NCBI RefSeq assembly: GCF_001194135.2
Contig: NC_069002.1
Location: 19,254,481 to 19,310,050 of the forward strand
Source: Octopus bimaculoides
Lineage: Eukaryota
Length of the DNA: 55,570 nt
Reading direction: 5' to 3'
Below, piece by piece: positions 51,407 through 55,570 of this stretch. Made by a program: the position numbers and the translations under genes. The number at the start of each line of letters is the position of its first letter. Position 1 is the first letter of the stretch. A model generated the notes under the pieces. The model ran no database searches and had not been told where the DNA came from. It was given only the letters and a program-made list of their open reading frames with translations.

Positions 51407-52056
51407 GGCACTATCATGCTATTAGCTGTCAGAAGTGAAAGTGCTCACNNNNNNNNNNNNNNNNNNNNNNNNNNNNNNNNNNNNNNNNNNNNNNNNNNNN
51501 NNNNNNNNNNNNNNNNNNNNNNNNNNNNNNNNNNNNNNNNNNNNNNNNNNNNNNNNNNNNNNNNNNNNNNNNNNNNNNNNNNNNNNNNNNNNNNNNNNNN
51601 NNNNNNNNNNNNNNNNNNNNNNNNNNNNNNNNNNNNNNNNNNNNNNNNNNNNNNNNNNNNNNNNNNNNNNNNNNNNNNNNNNNNNNNNNNNNNNNNNNNN
51701 NNNNNCGATCCTATTATTTTTAAACTTCAAACTTCATTTGTTTTCTATTTTGATAAATTCTCTCTGTTGAAAATTATATTTTTATATTTTAAATAATTTG
51801 CAATTTCAGGAAATATGTTTTTATATTAAATTTGTGTTTTCTACTCACGACTAGCCCTGCGCGGACGCGCGAACTTTCGAGTAATAGATAGATAGATAGA
51901 GAGAGAGAGACAGACAGACATATAGCACGCTCCGGCCTGTCAGTAGCCAAAGAATCGACAGGCCAGCAACAGGCATGCAGGCAGACAGACAGACAGACAG
52001 ATACTTCACTAGCAGTGAGCACTTTCACTTCTGACAGCTAATAGCATGATAGTGCC
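51407..52056. repeat. 42-bp perfect inverted repeat pair spanning a gap; possible MITE
   Basis: 51407-51448 is the exact reverse complement of 52015-52056, with weaker similarity for about 15 bp outward. Confidence 0.5.
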
Positions 52057-53114
52057 AAAGTTTGTGTTATCAAGATGGAAGATAAAGAGTTCGCAAGGCC
52101 AACATTTCATTTGTTCACTACGCCTCGTCAGTGCTCATGCACAACGCACATATTTTGGCTCAAAATAACATCAAACCACCTTTAGATGCTAGTTACCACT
52201 GAACAACTCGATAAACGCAAAGAAAATTGAGGAAATTCAATTACAATGCAATGTATTACAATGTATTATGTCCTCAATTTATGAAACTTTTTGCAGATAT
52301 TCGGGATTTCAGTTGAAATCATTAGCGATGCGATCCATTTTGACAAACTCGAAGATTTATATTTGTCTGTGTGTTCGCGCGCGCGCGTGTATGTCTGTGT
52401 GTGTATGCGTTTGTGTGTGTGTATACGTTTGTGTGTGCGTATGTGTGTTTGTGTTTGTGTGTTTGTGTTTTTGTGTTTTTGTGTGTGTTACAAATTGATG
52501 TACAAGGTTAAAGCTCCGGATAATGATTCTGCATAACCACGACTACTTCGTGATCCGGCTGATCACCTATTTATACAGATTAGTACAAATACATAATATG
52601 TAGAGCATTTCAAGTAAAAAATAATAACTGGAAACAAATTGTTGTTATTTCAGTTATTTCTTTATGATCGGTTCAAAAATCAAGAATGAAAATCAATAAA
52701 ATATTAAAATCTATAACAAATTTGATCGATCACAGCTCACATCATTAGAAAGCGTATCGAAATAAAAATGATAAACAAAAAACTCCGAGCAAAACAGTCT
52801 TAAATACACACGAAATATATGTCAAACAATGGTTAGCGAGAAGGAAAAGAGGAGAGAAACAAAGGGAGAGAGGGGAAGGAGAGATGCGAGGGAGAGAGAG
52901 AGAGCAGGGATACATGGAGGTATAAATACATGTCAAAATGAATACAACGATATAGGTTATTGTGGTGCAGTCACTACAATATATAGGAAAGATAATCCTT
53001 AGAATAACATGACAAGAAGTGGTAATACAGAGATAAGGGATTCGGAATAGCAGGCACAGACACAGACACAGACACATGCAGACACACACACAGACAAACA
53101 TACACACGCACACA

Positions 53115-53146
<32 letters not shown>

Positions 53147-54525
53147 NNNNNNNNNNNNNNNNNNNNNNNNNNNNNNNNNNNNNNNNNNNNNNNNNNNNNN
53201 NNNNNNNNNNNNNNNNNNNNNNNNNNNNNNNNNNNNNNNNNNNNNNNNNNNNNNNNNNNNNNNNNNNNNNNNNNNNNNNNNNNNNNNNNNNNNNNNNNNN
53301 NNNNNNNNNNNNNNNNNNNNNNNNNNNNNNNNNNNNNNNNNNNNNNNNNNNNNNNNNNNNNNNNNNNNNNNNNNNNNNNNNNNNNNNNNNNNNNNNNNNN
53401 NNNNNNNNNNNNNNNNNNNNNNNNNNNNNNNNNNNNNNNNNNNNNNNNNNNNNNNNNNNNNNNNNNNNNNNNNNNNNNNNNNNNNNNNNNNNNNNNNNNN
53501 NNNNNNNNNNNNNNNNNNNNNNNNNNNNNNNNNNNNNNNNNNNNNNNNNNNNNNNNNNNNNNNNNNNNNNNNNNNNNNNNNNNNNNNNNNNNNNNNNNNN
53601 NNNNNNNNNNNNNNNNNNNNNNNNNNNNNNNNNNNNNNNNNNNNNNNNNNNNNNNNNNNNNNNNNNNNNNNNNNNNNNNNNNNNNNNNNNNNNNNNNNNN
53701 NNNNNNNNNNNNNNNNNNNNNNNNNNNNNNNNNNNNNNNNNNNNNNNNNNNNNNNNNNNNNNNNNNNNNNNNNNNNNNNNNNNNNNNNNNNNNNNNNNNN
53801 NNNNNNNNNNNNNNNNNNNNNNNNNNNNNNNNNNNNNNATATATATATATATATATATATATATAACTGCAATGATACACGCATACATATACATCTGTGC
53901 ATTTCAGTGTGCGCGCATCCAAATATTTGTGCCTGAGTACGAAACTATTACCCCCAAACAGTTCCTGCGCCTTAGAAATAAGCTGTATTTTAACATACAA
54001 GACAAGAATTTCTAATACATTTATTTTACAAACGATATCACATAGGACACACTTTCTGTGGCATTTTCAGGCATTCCTGCTTCAAGATTTGTTTTTAATA
54101 TATTTGGGGACATATATAATTATAATCGAAAGTACAGCTAACTAAAAGTTTACCTGACACATTCTGCAGTGGTTATTCCTCAGATAATTCATACAATTTT
54201 TTAGCATTTGAATTCTTTGAAGTTTCAACTGAATTTTGACACCTCAGTGCTGTGATTATTGGTTGGTGATGTTCAGCGTATAAAACTTGCTTAGATTGAT
54301 AAGTGTGTTCTTTCTCTCTTCTTTCCTATCTATATCTAATTTCTTTTCTGCGTGTGCATGTGACTATGAGCTAATGGGAATACCTACACACAAACAAACA
54401 CCAAAGCACAAACAAGTATACGGTCTAAGTGTACATATATACTGAAACATAGAGAAAGCATATATATCCTCGCATTGATTTTTCTTGTCTTTTTTCTTCG
54501 TTTCTTTTGGGATTATATGTGTATA

Positions 54526-54632
<107 letters not shown>

Positions 54633-55570
54633 GTAAATATGTATGTATGTATGTATGTATGTATGTGCATAGATATATACGTGCACATGTAAGCATATAC
54701 ATGTGTCTGCAGTATGTGTAGCAGGTGTATATAATTGGAAGCGTTTCGTTGTAATTATAAAACATCGTGTAGTGAAGACATTCATATTTTCCAGAATGAT
54801 CCACATCGAAACATTTGACAGAAGTAGTTCTGGATGAATAACCGTGTTGAGCAAAACGCTGATCGGCACAGAACGCTACCTTTTAATGACGCCAACGAGA
54901 AAACATAATAGTTGGATTCAGTTTCAAATTATTATTTGTGTTATGTAAATAAGACAAACAAGAAACAAAAAAACCAGATACACATGGCTCGCTTTGCTAT
55001 TGACATCTAGGGAAAACCAGTTCCGTTTCAATGTAACGATCGTATATATAAGTCTCCCTGGCAATGATGAAGTTGTATTGAAATTGGGGGAATAAAAACA
55101 GAAACAAAGAACAAGAGAAAGGGACCGCCAAAAGCCTCATTAAATTTGCGCCACCACCAACATCACCCAACACCCATTACCAGCATTACCACCACGATCA
55201 CACCACAATCACCACTGCCATCACTACCAACACCAAGACCACCATCATCATTGCTACCAGAACCGGAACCACGTCGATGTCGACCAATGTAAACTTCTCC
55301 TCAGGGAATGTATGGGAACCATCTTAAACGTGAGACATGACCGAGTATGATAACTATAGTTGGTGAAGGTTATAACGTAATTCATTTCAAAAAACCGTTG
55401 GAGATTAGGACGCTACCAGATAGTACGTTGGACAAGAAGGGGAGAAAAAAATAAGAAAAGAAAAAAGAAAAAAAGAGAAAGAAAATTCAGAGTGTAGAGT
55501 TGGGAGAGGATAGGCTGATATAAATCCGATAAAAATTGGAGAGGAATATTATGTAATAAAAAGGCATTAT

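Overview
AT-rich eukaryotic (metazoan) scaffold window, very dense in microsatellites and broken by many N-gaps that are mostly flanked by microsatellites. The SINE families and repeat landscape resemble an octopus/cephalopod genome (inference from recognition, not verified by search). No intact protein-coding gene is demonstrable. Nearly all long ORFs in the track are microsatellite or gap artefacts, and the real coding signal comes from decayed transposons: a near-complete Neptune-like Penelope-like element (PLE), three Naiad-like PLE remnants, two CR1-group LINEs, five pieces of an R4/Dong-like restriction-endonuclease LINE, a D,D34D mariner, a maT-like (D,D37D) element and several tRNA-derived SINEs. 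The most notable unannotated signal is a set of type I hammerhead ribozyme (HHR) motifs. Two have canonical cores (18206-18251, 23093-23144), three have variant cores with good stems (965-1049, 13397-13433, 46726-46815) and four are decayed. They sit in PLE termini, in an inverted-repeat element and in two short direct-repeat-bounded units that resemble non-LTR retrozymes. A few small exon candidates of an unidentified host gene are low confidence.
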